NCBI RefSeq assembly: GCF_964204645.1
Contig: NC_134027.1
Span: 22,406,560-22,470,559 of the forward strand
Reading direction: 5' to 3'
Source: Tubulanus polymorphus
Lineage: Eukaryota > Animalia > Nemertea
DNA length: 64,000 bases
In this document: positions 25,075 to 37,884 of the stretch, in pieces
Position numbering within the stretch: position 1 is the first letter of the stretch
Layout of the letters: every line of letters begins with the position of its first letter
Translations under genes and position numbers: made by a program
The notes under the pieces: model-generated
Databases searched by the model: none
What the model was told of the DNA's origin: nothing
The model's input: the letters and a program-made list of their open reading frames with translations, nothing else

Positions 25075-26105
25075 AGTTATATACAACGTGATATAGATCG
25101 GTCCAAGAGAAGATACGATTTAACTCACTCACCCATTATACAACTAAAATTAAAGATCGAAAAATACGCATTACATAAAACAAGATACAAGATTTATAAC
25201 AAAATACCAATACAAAATGCACTAGTTGGTCATAATATATACGATACAAAAGGTGTGATTTCTTGTGAATGCGAACTTTTCCAAGCCGGAGTACGACAAC
25301 CACACTCAAACGTGGTGAACGGATAATAGGATAAAAACCCACTATGTACAATTAAGAGAATTTAAAATCTAGAATTTATTTCTAAAATGTAAAAACACGA
25401 CGTTTCGATCTCACACTAGAGATCCTCGTCTCTTACATAGTGGGTTTTTATCCCAGTATTTGGTAATTCAACAGAATTCAATTAAGAGACCTGATTCGTA
25501 TTGGACATGTGCGCTTATTTTCTCCGAGAATGTATTTGGCGAATTTAAGATGCACACTTTTAACGGATAAGTTTTGCTGGTCGTTCATGTCAAATAGAGT
25601 TTGCCCCAAACTCAGCTGAATAGTTTAATGGAACAGAGTAATGGGTTGGACATTGGAGGAGAGAGGTTTTGAGAAGGCTATTCAGCTTTTTTAGTCCACG
25701 AACAAACATCTATGGCGGATTCTGGCCAGAAAGTCTGAATCTTTTTTTTTACATGTTGATTTCGCACCCGCTTAAAACCAATTGTAGGGCCTGAGAAAAA
25801 AATGATTACGGTAAAGTTGTTTTTATCAGGAACCTGTTAACGTTCACTAGTCAGCAAGCGAGCTTGTATGAACTTGGTTGAGTTTTTAAATGTTTTTCTT
25901 TATTTGTCTTGAATATGTAGGATACTATTTTCCCCTCATACCTTATGTACCACGGGAATGGTCGGAATGTGATAGAGTTATCTAATCTAATCTTATGAAA
26001 ATGTCATCGAAATCAGTCATGAGTTCGGTGTTCGCTATATCTTCAGGGTGCGTCGCTACGTTATTTAGACCGGGTTAATTGCGTCCGTTCCAATAAGCCT
26101 TTTTA

Positions 26106-26480
26106 CAGTTACCAGGCGCCATTTTTTTGGGTACCCACCGGGTCCGCATTGTTGAATTTTTTGTCCCTTTTTTTCCCCGTTTAATATTTCTATTTCGTTC
26201 ATATCTCTGGATTGGATAAAGATAGAAACAAAGTGAAAATATCGATGAACTCGGCTGATAATAAACTTTTTAGGATATCACTCATTTGTTAAGTTAATGC
26301 AACAATGCGCACTGGTGAAGTTATAAACATTGATATCGTCTTCCCGATAATTCAACTTGAATTATTGCTCATCTCATTCAAAAGTTCGTAATTCTTACAA
26401 ATTTTAATCTACATTTTTGAAGTTTTCAGGATCAATAGCCATCTATATGTGGTCATATATACCTTTTACTGTTTTCAATT
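26106..26480 (+). mobile_element. DNA-transposon-like element end (family D)
   Basis: Terminus cagttaccaggcgccatttt recurs inverted at 63752-63771. The internal part 26190-26480 recurs at ~54118-54350. Confidence 0.6.
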
Positions 26481-27719
26481 ATCCGTATTAGTTTTTAAGT
26501 AGTTGCGAGTCAAACTTCCAAAACACGTTTTCTAGAGTATCATGTTTGCATATTTATATCAAGAAATTTGACAATTCAACCGGTCCTACTTTGTTAAAAT
26601 CAAAATTTTCAGTAACTATGGAAACAAGGGCACCTAGTTATTTGAAAAAATGGTAAATAGAGATATATTTCTAGTAACACAGGGACAGACTACGGGTTTG
26701 GAGGGTCGGTAGTCCGGACCCCTGCTCCTTCCCATTAAGGTTACCATCTTTGTCAAGACAGTGATCGCATAAAACCTACAAATCTAACACTCTTTTGCAA
26801 ATTAAATTGTTTTGGATGTATATGTTTCAACACCGAGGAGCACCCTACTCGCAGCCTTAATATACAGAAAATGTCCTTATTTCTGGACCCCTCTCCCAAT
26901 CATCTAAGATAGTCAAAAAAGTCGAAATAAGTCTTCTAGTGTCAGGCATTTAAGTTTCATTGATCTCCCGTAAATATTATATTGTTTCACAGTATATTGC
27001 ATCAATGAAATATGGCCGTTTGCAGGTGATTCTGGAGCCAGTTGCTCAAAAGTTAACCATATTTCATAGAAATATGTGCTAAACATTTATTATGTATTTC
27101 GCAGCCGACATTGAGATAAGTAGGCTAGGTAGAGATAGGTGTAGGGCTGTGACTGAATAGCTATGGTCGTGAGCGGCATTTATGATAAGATTGGACCTCG
27201 GGTGCGGCGGGTTCCTACAGCCAGCGAGTCGTGCAACTTGCCAAGTTTCTTATCGGTCGGTATCATAAACCTACCAACTACAACAAACATTGAGTAGTTA
27301 TTGGGTTTATGTGGGGTGCCTCCGAGAATGAGTCATGGGATAGGAGCGACTGGAATTTTACGGGAACTCCCACGTTCATGTCAAGTTATGAATTTATCGA
27401 AAATTGCAATATGACATAAAAAATGTAATTTTGATATCGAACGATGTTTTACAATTGATTTAAAATTGGAAATAAAATTTTGGAAAAAAGGCGCGATGGC
27501 AGCACAGTATGGTAAAATTCAATGCAAATGTGCTATATTGGATACAACTCGACGCGATCGGGTTCGTGCTGATGCTGCTCTTGCTTTTTGAGCTGGTAAG
27601 TGTTACTAAGGGATTACTCATCTTCATTCACCGCAATAAAAATCGTACTAAATGTTACTTAGCATCAAAGGTCTAAGTTTCGATGAGTTTGAATAATATT
27701 CGAAGCATTTAGCTCCCAA

Positions 27720-29175
27720 AGTACCGGGGCTGCCATGGCTGAAGAGCTTGGTTATTCAACAAATTTACCGTAAAATTTTGTTGATATTGAGACTATTTCT
27801 AAGATACGTGGATGTGTGTTGATCAGGGTATTCTTTAAAAAAATGGCGAAGTTTGTCGGAAAACGTAGGGTATTTTCGGAAATTTGTCACAAATTGTCCT
27901 TGTAAAATATGTTCTTTATACCATATCCATTACAGTACAAATTTCTAATTTTCATTCATAATCACCCCCAAAGTTTTAGATTCGGTGAAACACTTTCCGA
28001 TTTTAATGAAAAAAAACTAATCTACAAACAGTAAAACTGCGCCCAACTGGAATCAATTTGATAATCGATTATCAAATGCTAGAGTTTTAAGATCTAACAA
28101 TTAATCCTTGCTAGTCAATCGATGTTTTTAAATCTAATCCCAAAACCCATTTGTTAATCAAAGCTTTTAATTAAACAGGTTTTAGTTTTCTCTGTTTTAT
28201 GTTCGCTTTTTATGGATGATGTAAATGAGGATATTTTATATGGATTTTAGGCTGAATGAATCATCATTATTATCAATCATTATTTAATTATCACAAAATG
28301 GTTTTAAGATTTTTGTTCGCAATCACTGGAAATTCGAGTTATAGGCAATGGAAATTTGAATGAACCTATTACAAATGCAAATTCAACTTGACAGGACTTT
28401 AAATTTGAAGTATCGTATATGAGGTAAGAGTGTCATTTTAAAAGGGACTGGTAGAATATCTGATACATCTACGTACATCGTATATTTGAAATTATCAGTT
28501 AAGAATATTCTAAAAAGTTGGAATGTACAGGGTCATATATATCGCGGTATATGTTATTCTAGCTAGTGCGCGGTGTCCTGTCCAATGGACCGCATTGAAC
28601 CAGTTCATATTGTGGTCAGTCTTGACATTGTGCTCTGGTCATTCAAATAGTTGTATTTGAATGGAACCAGTTCAGAGGATTAATTCTTATCGTACGTTGA
28701 ATTTACTATACGCGCGCATTTATGTCCAGTCCTCGCGCGCGGATAGGTGAGTTGAATCTAGAATTTTCTTTAAATTCAGGGGCAATTTTACTTAAAGAAT
28801 TGATTGAGTACATTTATGTCAACTGATTTAAAAAAAAAACTGGTTGGTGAAGTTGCAGGTTCATTTCGCGGGTGATCTAACTTATACAGAGATATTGATT
28901 TTTCCAGCCGAAATCAAAATTTGTAATGTATCAAATTCTTTGTTTTTTTCAGATCGGCCATTCCTCACCTCTTCTTCGTCAGGATCTGATTGCTGCACAT
29001 ACCACCAGGCGGACTAAACAAAGACTAACAACCCAAGACCTTTAGAATTGATCCACATAGAAATCTGTGGTGAGTAGATTTGTCGTCGTATATAATATTG
29101 GATGTTACTACAGAGTACATGTATCACTCAAATTAACAGTTTTAATGGTGATCGTTGCGGTTTTTGGTTTACCTA
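27720..29175 (+). repeat. Left arm of a long diverged inverted duplication
   Basis: Reverse complement of ~37885-39035, e.g. gaaccagttcagaggattaattcttatc..ccagtcctcgcgcgc..gagttgaatctagaattt. Confidence 0.85.
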
Positions 29176-29639
29176 TGTTATGGCTGTTAGTTGGCAGTCT
29201 GCCAAGAGTATGTTAAATCGCGGCACAAAATTTAGTGGTAATACTTACGGAGTTGTCTTTTATCGTGAAGCGAGTAGAATTGATGCGCGGGGGTCAGGCC
29301 AGTAAGTTTCGAACGGCTACGCGTTCAGTCAAATATGAAGTGTTAAGTCACGTGACTGTCCCAACTTTCTGGCTGGCACAACTTGAAGGCGTTTCGTCCC
29401 TTGTATTTTTATATAGCAAAGCGTCACCACCGTCTGATAATGATCCTTAACGACCAATTGTTTATCGGAACTTTATAGCGGATAAATAAAGAATATCAAC
29501 ACAAGGTATTTCCGTGATATTTTGAATTTATTCGCAGTTCATATTAAGCGCCATTCTCGCGTGATTATCAACAACAACCCGGAAATAAAATCAAAGCCCA
29601 TCGCCAAACCCCTATAATATATAATATATATATATCTTT

Positions 29640-30240
29640 ATTGTCAGAGAATATTCTCGTATGACACATACAAATATAAATATAAGCGGATACAGTTAGT
29701 AAAGACATTTACACATACATACAACTGCAAAATCAGTGAAAGTGATTACATATTATGATCTGATTTGATTAACTAGATTATTGAAGTGATTTAATATCTT
29801 TTACTTTTTTCAAAAACTTTGATAAATTGATACTATTGATGGGGTTTCTCATAAATTTGGCAACTTTATATGTGTTTGGACGAATAATAATATTTCTTGG
29901 GATGTGTATGGCACGTGCATCACTATACTGAGGGCAATATAAAATAACATGGACTTCTTCCTCTATCTCATTAAGATTACAAAATTCACATATACGTTGA
30001 TGATGGGGTGTAGGGGGCGCAGCCATCTCCCAGTTTCCACACGCAGGTCATGACTAGAGCATCTGAACCGAGCAATAGTGGATCTCATCTGTTTCGGATA
30101 ATCCAGATACAATTCATAAGAAATACTAGATTTAAAATGTCGATATAAAAGTGCCTTATTAGACGCATGGATCCAGTTAAACCATCGTTGTGTGTATTGG
30201 TCTTTTAAGCGCTGTTCAACCGAGCGAAAAAAACCATGTT
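29640..30240 (-). mobile_element. 3' remnant of a non-LTR retrotransposon
   Basis: C-terminal CCHC-type motif RICEFCNLNEIEEEVHVILYCPQYSDAR, preceded by degenerate ..IARFRCSSH-like sequence and followed by an aataaa/AT-rich tail. Confidence 0.75.
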
Positions 30241-31069
30241 TCGGCTGTTCAACAGATCGAGGCGTGATTATCGGGTGTATTTGACTGGTTACCGCATTAC
30301 TCGTGTTACCCTTACCGGAAACTAGAGATGTACCGACGCCCCAAATTATAACAGCGTAGATATTTAACTAAACTTAGTCTAAATAAACAGAGCATTTTTA
30401 GGCCTAGTTTATGATTTCTATTTCTTATTTTACGAATATTGTCTTATTTTCATTGATGTTACTACGGGGGCAGGGTGTCAGTCAGTTTTGAAGTGTCGGG
30501 CTGTTTGTTCGTTTTAGCAGGGAAGTGTGCACTTCCCTGGTTTTAGAAAGGTACTTGAAATGTCAATCAGTTTGTATTGTTTTGATAACTGCCTTCTGGT
30601 CTCTGTCACCCTTGGTGTCTTACGTAACAGTATTCTGGTTGAAAATTTGTTGAAAGAAATCAGGGATTCGAGTTGTAGCTTTTAAGCGGGTTGGATGATT
30701 ACGGTTTGAAGTTTTAAGAACGTCGTTGGTTCCTAATCGTCGACTTAAGGATTTTTAACGTAGTTACCCTGTGCTTGCAAAGCGGAAATCTCGGGGTGCT
30801 GTAGAAATATAAGTGATGTTGATCGACCTGAAACAAACTCGATGAATCAAACTATCAATACGAACGAAATGTAACTAATGAGTTAAAAGCGTTTTTGTCT
30901 GAATACTTATAGATTCTTAATTCTGTGTACTGTCAACTTAATTGGGAAATCTGATGTATTTGCATTGAATAAATAACAATAAAATATATTTGAACTTGAA
31001 TTGAGCCCACCTGGTGGTTGTATTGGAAGACACCAGGCGGTTTGGTCATCTTAATATGTTCCAGCGCCG

Positions 31070-31380
31070 TGGCGCTGTCGCAAAAACATATGAATTTGCG
31101 TAGTTACGTAACTATTTGCAGTAAAAGTGCAGACGAAACATGAAGCCTCAATGGCCGTTTACAAAAACAGTCTAGCAATCACAATTGAAAGATAATAATG
31201 ATATACAACTTGAGTTAAAACTTTGGCCATTTCTAAAATTATAGCACAATTATATTATAATTTGTAGTCAGTGCGGAACGTTTGGTTTCGGAACAATAAT
31301 GAGGGGTGGTAGGTTGTCGTTCAATTCAAGTTATGATTTACCACATGTTACTTCCGTGTTGTTGAAAATCTCGCGAGAAT
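31070..31380. mobile_element. Repeat family A, diverged partial copy
   Basis: Reverse complement of ~1115-1410 (cgtaactatttgcag..tgcagacgaaacatgaagcct..aacaataatgagggg). Confidence 0.7.
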
Positions 31381-31430
31381 GGCGCAACATTGAAACTGGC
31401 AATAAATGCCAAATATCATACATATTTTTT

Positions 31431-32965
31431 CGTCTGACTCTGTGTTTAGGTGGACGTGTCCGCATATCCGTCTCTCTGTTTTGGTGGGCGTGTCCGTCTC
31501 TTTCGGGTGGGCGTGTCTGTCTGTTCCGGGTGAGCGTGTCCGTCTGACTCTGTGTTTAGGTGGACGTGTCCGTCTGTCTCACTGTTTCGGGTGGGCGTGT
31601 CCGTGTCCGCCTGTCTGTCTCTGTATGGTGGGCGTGTCCGTCTGTCTGTCTGTCTCTCGGTTTGGCTAGGCGTGTCCGTCTGTCTGTCTCTCGGTTTGGC
31701 TAGGCGTGTCCGTCTGTCTGTCTCTCTGTTTGGGTGGGCGCGTCTGCGTGTCCGTCCTTCTGTCTGTCTCTCTGTTTGGCTGGGCGTGTCCCTCTGTTCG
31801 GTTGGACGTGTCTGTCTGTTTCGGGTGGGCGTGTCCGTCGGTCTGTTTCGGGTAAGCGTGTCTGTCTGTTTCGGGTGGGCGTGTCTGTCTAGGGTGAGCG
31901 TGTCCCTCTGTTCGGTTGGACGTGTCTGTTTCGGGTGGGCGTGTCTGTCTGTTCCGGGTGAGCGTGTCCGTCTGACTCTGTGTTTAGGTGGACATGTCCG
32001 TCTGTCTGTCTCACTGTTTCGGGTGGGCGTGTCCGTCTGTCTCTCTGCTTGGGTGGGCGTGCCCGTCTCTCTGTTTCGGTTGGACGTGTCTGTCTGTTTC
32101 GGGTAAGCGTGTCTGTCTGACTAGGGTGAGCGTGTCCGTCTGTCTGTCTCTCTGTTTTGGTGGGCGTGTCTGTCTCTCTGTGCGTGTCTGTCTGACTAGG
32201 GTGAGCGTTTCCGTCTGTCTTTCTCACTGTTTCGGGTGAGCGTGTCCGCGTGTCCGTCTGTCTGTGTGGGCGTGTCAGTCTCTCTGTTTGGCTAGGCGTG
32301 TCCGTCTGTCTGTCTCTGTTTCGGATGGGCGTGTCCGTCTGTCTGCCTGTCTCTCTGTTTGCATGTTCGTCTCTCTGTTTGAGTGGGCGTGTCCGTCTGT
32401 TTCGGCTGGACGTGTCTGTCTGTTTTGGGTGGTAGTGTCTGTTTGTCTGTCACACTTTTTTGGGTGGGGTGGGCGTGTTCTGCTGTCTTTCGGTGTGGGT
32501 GGGCGTGTCCGTCAATCTGTCTCTATTTGGGTGGGCGTGTCCATCTGTCTCTCGGTTTGGCTTGGCGTGTCCGTCTGTCTTTCTGTTTGGCTGGGCGTGT
32601 CCATCTTTCTCTCTCTTTAGCTGCGCGTTGCCGTCTGTCTTTCTATTTGGGTTGGTGTGTCCGTCTGTCTGTGTGGGCGTTCCTGTCTCTCGGTTTGGCT
32701 AGGCGTGTCCGTCTGTCTGTCCCACTGTTTCGGTTTGGGTGGGCGTGCCCATCTGTGTGCCCCTGTTTCGGATGGCGTGTCCGGTCTGTCTCTCTGCTTG
32801 GGTGGGCGTGTCCGTTTGTCTGTCTCTCTGTTTGGGTCGGCGTGTCCGTCTGTCTGTTTCGGTTGAATGTGTCTGTCTGTTTCGGGTGGACGTGTCTGTC
32901 TGTGTCGGGTGGGCGTGTCCGTCTTACTCTGTGTTTCGGGTCGGCGTGTCCGTCTGTCTGTCTCT
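31431..32965. repeat. Irregular minisatellite of GGGTGGGCGTGTCCGTCTGTCTGTCTCTCTGTTT-type units
   Basis: About 1.5 kb of variable-length units, almost A-free on the + strand; generates many overlapping spurious ORFs. Confidence 0.95.
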
Positions 32966-33469
32966 TCATGAAAATTTTTGTGAACTACAAAAATAAGAAT
33001 TCATGAAAATGAATATGAAATATCGATTGTTCATCTTTTACTGATGAAAATGATGCTCAATATGTGGCGCTTTTAGTTGAAGAAACGTGTAGCAATTTTG
33101 TATTGGTATAGAAATATGGCCGCAACACCGTAGGACACCCTCTGAGGGTAAGTCCAGAGACGACTCTATATTTTTTAGGCGTTGGCCTACAGATCATAGT
33201 TACACTTGAACCTCATTAATGCGTATGTGTTAAAGACGAACCCGTTTATTACTATGGTTTCCAGCATGTCATAGCTAAGATATTAATCCAGATTTGGATT
33301 ATATGAAAGCCGTTCAATTCGACAATTTCACTTTTACTTTGAATTCATATAAGCGAGGTTCAACCGTACCAAAACATTATGCACAAACGATTATACAATT
33401 ACCTTAGGGATTATATGATTACCAAAATATTCCCTATTATATAATATGTCCACACGAGTATGAAATTAA

Positions 33470-34110
33470 TAGGAAATTTTATTGATTGGTTCCATAATAC
33501 CTGTTAACTGTTTAAAATTTAAGAGTTTTTCCAGATTTAAGTGAAGCGTTTGATTGTATATTTATGGCATAAGGGGTACATACAGCCTTATGAGCGAAGA
33601 TCTAGAAACAATTCTTAGCGACTGGTTTTATGCAAATAACCTAACACTAGATTTAGCTACTACGAGAATTGTTTTATTCAAACCTAATAAGTTGGACATA
33701 TTGAAATGAAGATCTTATGAAAATCGAAAATCAAACCTTAAAACTATCATCGTTAATGACCTTTTTGGGTTTACAATTGGACGAGAACCTCGATATAAAT
33801 GAACATGTAATTATGATCAGCGAACATATTTACTTAATGGATTCCATAAAACATTCTGTACAGTCGTTTTTGCTCAAATTATTGTATCAAAGTTACATCA
33901 ATAGCCACTTATCATACTGCCTGACATCATGGGGAACACTAATTTTAAAGCTACACTAAGTACACTTGTCACATTGCAAAAGATATCCATTAGACTAATT
34001 TCCAAAGCTAAATACAATAGCCACAAAAAAAAATTCAAAATTCTTAATTTGAGAATATGATTGAACTAGAACCATATAAATATGGCTTTAAGTTTTTCAA
34101 ACAATCAGCT
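33470..34110 (+). mobile_element. Degenerate LINE (CR1/L2-group) RT C-terminal remnant
   Basis: DLSEAFDC, WFYANNLTL, FLGLQLDENL, LYQSYINSHLSYCLTSWG, interrupted by stops and frameshifts. Confidence 0.75.
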
Positions 34111-34229
34111 ACCGGTATGCGTGTGTAGAGTGAATTCAACGTATTCTAAGAATTAATGAAATAATCCTCTGAACATCTCCTTTCAATTATGTAATCATTT
34201 AAATGTAAAATTTGATAGTTTAATACGCC

Positions 34230-36005
34230 TTTTATAGAACTTTCAAATGGGCTTTGTATTGGAGTAGTATATAGAATAGGTAATAACTTAACTAATTTTC
34301 AAGAGGACCTTCTCATGAATAGAACAAAAACAAAAACAAAAACCAATAAGAAATATTTCATTATGGGTGATTTCAACATAAACCTAATGCACTCAAACTT
34401 ATCTACTACTAAATTTGCTGACTGTATGCAATCTTATTCTTTCGTCCCAGTAATAAGTGTGTGTACTCTCATTAGCGATAGCTCAGCAACACTTATCGAC
34501 ACTATATTTACGAATACCACTATTTCTTATAATTTAAATTCAGGACCTATAGTTTGGGATTAACCGATCCCCGTGTAATAAATTTAATAAATTTAAGCTA
34601 GTAGGGAATGATATTAAACAAACATGGGCGATCTTAAAAAATCCATCGAATAATGACAAAAATCAATATTATCCGGAAGAATTTGAAATTGATGATAATT
34701 TAGTAACAAATTCTTACTTAATTTGTATTTCAGCAATGTTGGTCCATCATTAGATAAAAAGATCCCTGAACAATCAGTTTCATTTGAAGAAATTATTGGA
34801 CCAAAGTTAGACCATAGTTTATTTTTAAGTCCTACTTTACCTCAAGAGATCGAAAAAATGTGTATGAATTTAAAACAAAGAATAACCGTGGGGCCGACGA
34901 TATAAATCAAAAAGTTTTAAAACAGGTTATTGATCTTATCTCCTTACCTTTAGCGCATAACTTATATTTTAAGAAGGTATTTTTCCAGAAGAACTTGAAC
35001 TTTCCCAATTATTTTCATTATAAAAATGGTAATAAAATGTGTTAAACAATTATCGGCCAATGTCAATTTTACCACGTATCTCAAAAAATTTGGAGAAGTT
35101 TATTTATGTGAGGCAGATAAAATTTCTAGATAAATACAAATTAATAAATTCACCACCATTTGGATTTAGAGAAGGCATTTGACGGACATGGCTACTTACT
35201 TCTCATATCATAGATAATTAAGACTTTTCCCGCGCTTTTGACACCTTGAACCACAACATTCTGATCAGTAAATTATCTTTTTATGGTATTCGAGGTACAG
35301 TTTTAAATCTATTGAAATCTATTTTATTTTATCTCCCGGATAATAAGATATGAACCCACTATCTACAGATGAAAAGAACTTAAAAACAAGAATTTATTTA
35401 TTCAATCTAAAATATATAGAATACACAACGTTTCGATCTCTCACCCTAGAGATCATCGTCAGGTGTGAGATATAGACTAAAAACAGGGGCTCCCGGATGT
35501 TTTCACAAACGTCTTTAATAAAATATCAGACTTACACAATATAAGTCTAAGAAACTAAAATAATATTGCTTCAGAACATTTTCATACTCAATTAAAGGCC
35601 AAGTCCTTCACATCAAAGGTCCCGAATTATGGAATAATTTAGAAAAAGAAATTACAGAATCTAAGTCCATACACATGTTTAAAAGAAAATAAAAAGATTT
35701 TTTACTTTCTAATTATAAGATATAATTTTTGTCTTCTTTTTTTTCTTTTTTAAATCATTTTCGATTTAAGTTAATCATATCAACTAGATGCATCAATTAC
35801 ATGCACTGGCCACATGCATGTATATAAATAAAATATTTCGTGAATGTTTTTTCATCAGCAAGGGATAAGGTTCCAGGGCGAACAAGCGTATAGCTTTTTC
35901 TGAAACCTTGCTGATGTATTACAGTTGTTATCAATGTAACCATTATGTACTTTATGTAACTTATAAAGATAAGGAATGAATTATCATTCAGGAATAAAGA
36001 TAATA
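34230..36005 (+). mobile_element. Degenerate CR1-group LINE ORF2 (AP-endonuclease end + RT start + 3' end)
   Basis: FIMGDFNINL, ATLIDTIFTN, YFSNVGPSL, NYRPMSILPRISK, FGFR, DFSRAFDTLNHNILISKLSFYGIRG; ends aataaagataataatgatgat. Confidence 0.85.
35423..35466 (-). ncRNA. Minimal type I hammerhead-ribozyme-like motif in a PLE-like insert
   Basis: Minus strand reads ACAC CUGACGA U GAUCUCU agggug AGAGAUC GAAA CG UU GUGU: 4-bp stem I, 7-bp stem II and a minimal palindromic stem III. Confidence 0.6.
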
Positions 36006-36257
36006 ATGATGATAACAGGTTCTGACATTTGAAACATCATTTGAAAGACCATCGAATTATTTGAAAGACCAGAGCACAATGTGATTCTCAGATCTGGATG
36101 GACACAATACGAACTGGTTATGTCACACAATGAGGTTCATCGGACAGGATATCTCGCATTAGCTAGAACACATATACCATCATAATAGATATAGATATAA
36201 ATGACCCTGTACATATGTTTCCAACTTTTTAGAATATTCTTAACTGATAATTTCAAA

Positions 36258-36950
36258 TGGTTTTATGCAAATAACCTAACACTAAGTTAAGTGAAAACAA
36301 AAATTGTCTTATATTTAATCTCAATTGAAATTGACGTGTTAGAAATGAAGATCTTAAAAATCTGAAATCGGCCTTTCTGGGTTTACAATTGGATGAATAC
36401 CTTGATTTTAATGAACATGTAAATATGGTCTGCAAAAACATAGCTAAGTACATTTACTTTATGAAATCTATAAAACATTTTGTAACGTATTTTTCACTCA
36501 AAGTTTCATCGATTGCCACTTATCATGCTGCCTGATATTATGGGGACCACTTATTTCTAAAGCTTATACACAAAGACTTACTAGATTGGAACATCAATTT
36601 AATATAATAATTACCACAGCTAAATGCAAAAGCCAAACGTATGCTTTTTTCAAAAGATTCAACATTTTCCAATTTGGGGATATGATTGAACTAGAATCAC
36701 TTATATATGGCTATAGGTTTTCAAACAATCAGCTACCAATACCTATAACGAACCGCTTTTAAAGGAATTCTTTCAACCTCAGTCACAACACTCGAATTCC
36801 ATTAACACAATAACTAATTTTCGATAACAAATTTCTGTGCTTAATTCCTATGAACTGGCAAAACTTGAACAAAGATCTAAGATCTTCCAAAACGATAAAT
36901 TCACTAAAGGCAAATTTTAAAAAAACTAGAAACAACATTATGATTTATTC
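36258..36950 (+). mobile_element. Second degenerate copy of the LINE RT C-terminal remnant
   Basis: Paralogous to 33623-34110 (tggttttatgcaaataacctaacacta.., gggtttacaattgga.., atgattgaactagaa.., caaacaatcagctacc). Confidence 0.75.
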
Positions 36951-37884
36951 CTGTTAATCTAATCTAAAAATCGTGACATAGTCATTACCCTTACATTTGT
37001 TTCGGTATGTTGCGTGTTAGTGAGCGTGATCGCGGTGAAAGTCTGTCTGGTTGAACCTAAGTAACAAAACAATTCCCATCAATGGGCACCCTCAATTGAC
37101 ATTATAACATTCTATGCTTCGAATGTAAATACTATGTAAAATTTGTATAATTCGTTATGATTTCTTTGTAAATGAAGATCTAATCTAATCTAAGTCCCGA
37201 TTGTCTCATGGATGGATGGCATCAATTTGCATTCATTACCTTTTAGAATACATACAATAATTCTATGCATTATGAATTTCCATCGAAAATATGTTTTTGG
37301 ACGTGTGTAATTGAACTTTAGCAGACAATGTATGAATGTCTCGGACGATTGAAGCGGTTGCATATTACAAGTAATATTTCACTATCAAGTTTATAGGAAC
37401 ACATTTAAAGTTTGCTTTATCCGACAGATTATTAACCTTTAAAACTCATTTTCGATTTTAAAAATCTATAGCACAGATTTCGAAACCGTTGAAACAATAG
37501 AGTATCAATTAAATTTGTCTAATTCGAATAACATGTATCAGCTAAATAAAACACAAATCACTGGTCACAAGTTAATTCGAGTTTAGAGGAGTGTTAGGGT
37601 CTACTGTATCTGAGTTTGCTGTAACGAGGGCCCATCTTTTTAGATAAGCTTAAACCTAAGAGGTAGAATGTATACTCACTAATTCATGAGTGGAGCTTCA
37701 TGGACTGTTTCGATAAGTTATCTTTTCTCGGATCCCACGAGTCATCTATAAGGCCAGGTTAGTTTAGTCAGCAGCACGCATTTGCAGCAATCAGGTCACG
37801 AGGAAGCGAGGAAGGCTTAGTTCCCATTTGTTGGTTTAAGTTAGCATGTATTGACAGCAATCGGGTCCAGGAGAAGAGCTTATC

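Larger units (their letters stand above)
23639..26093. repeat. Recent tandem duplication (~1.26 kb and ~1.17 kb units)
   Basis: 23639-24900 is repeated at 24929-26093 with high identity. The second unit carries deletions in the tRNA and near 26003. Confidence 0.95.

Noticed and set aside
31299-33006. Many overlapping Cys/Val/Gly-rich ORFs
   Set aside because: The A-poor minisatellite has few stop codons in any frame; not a credible coding region.
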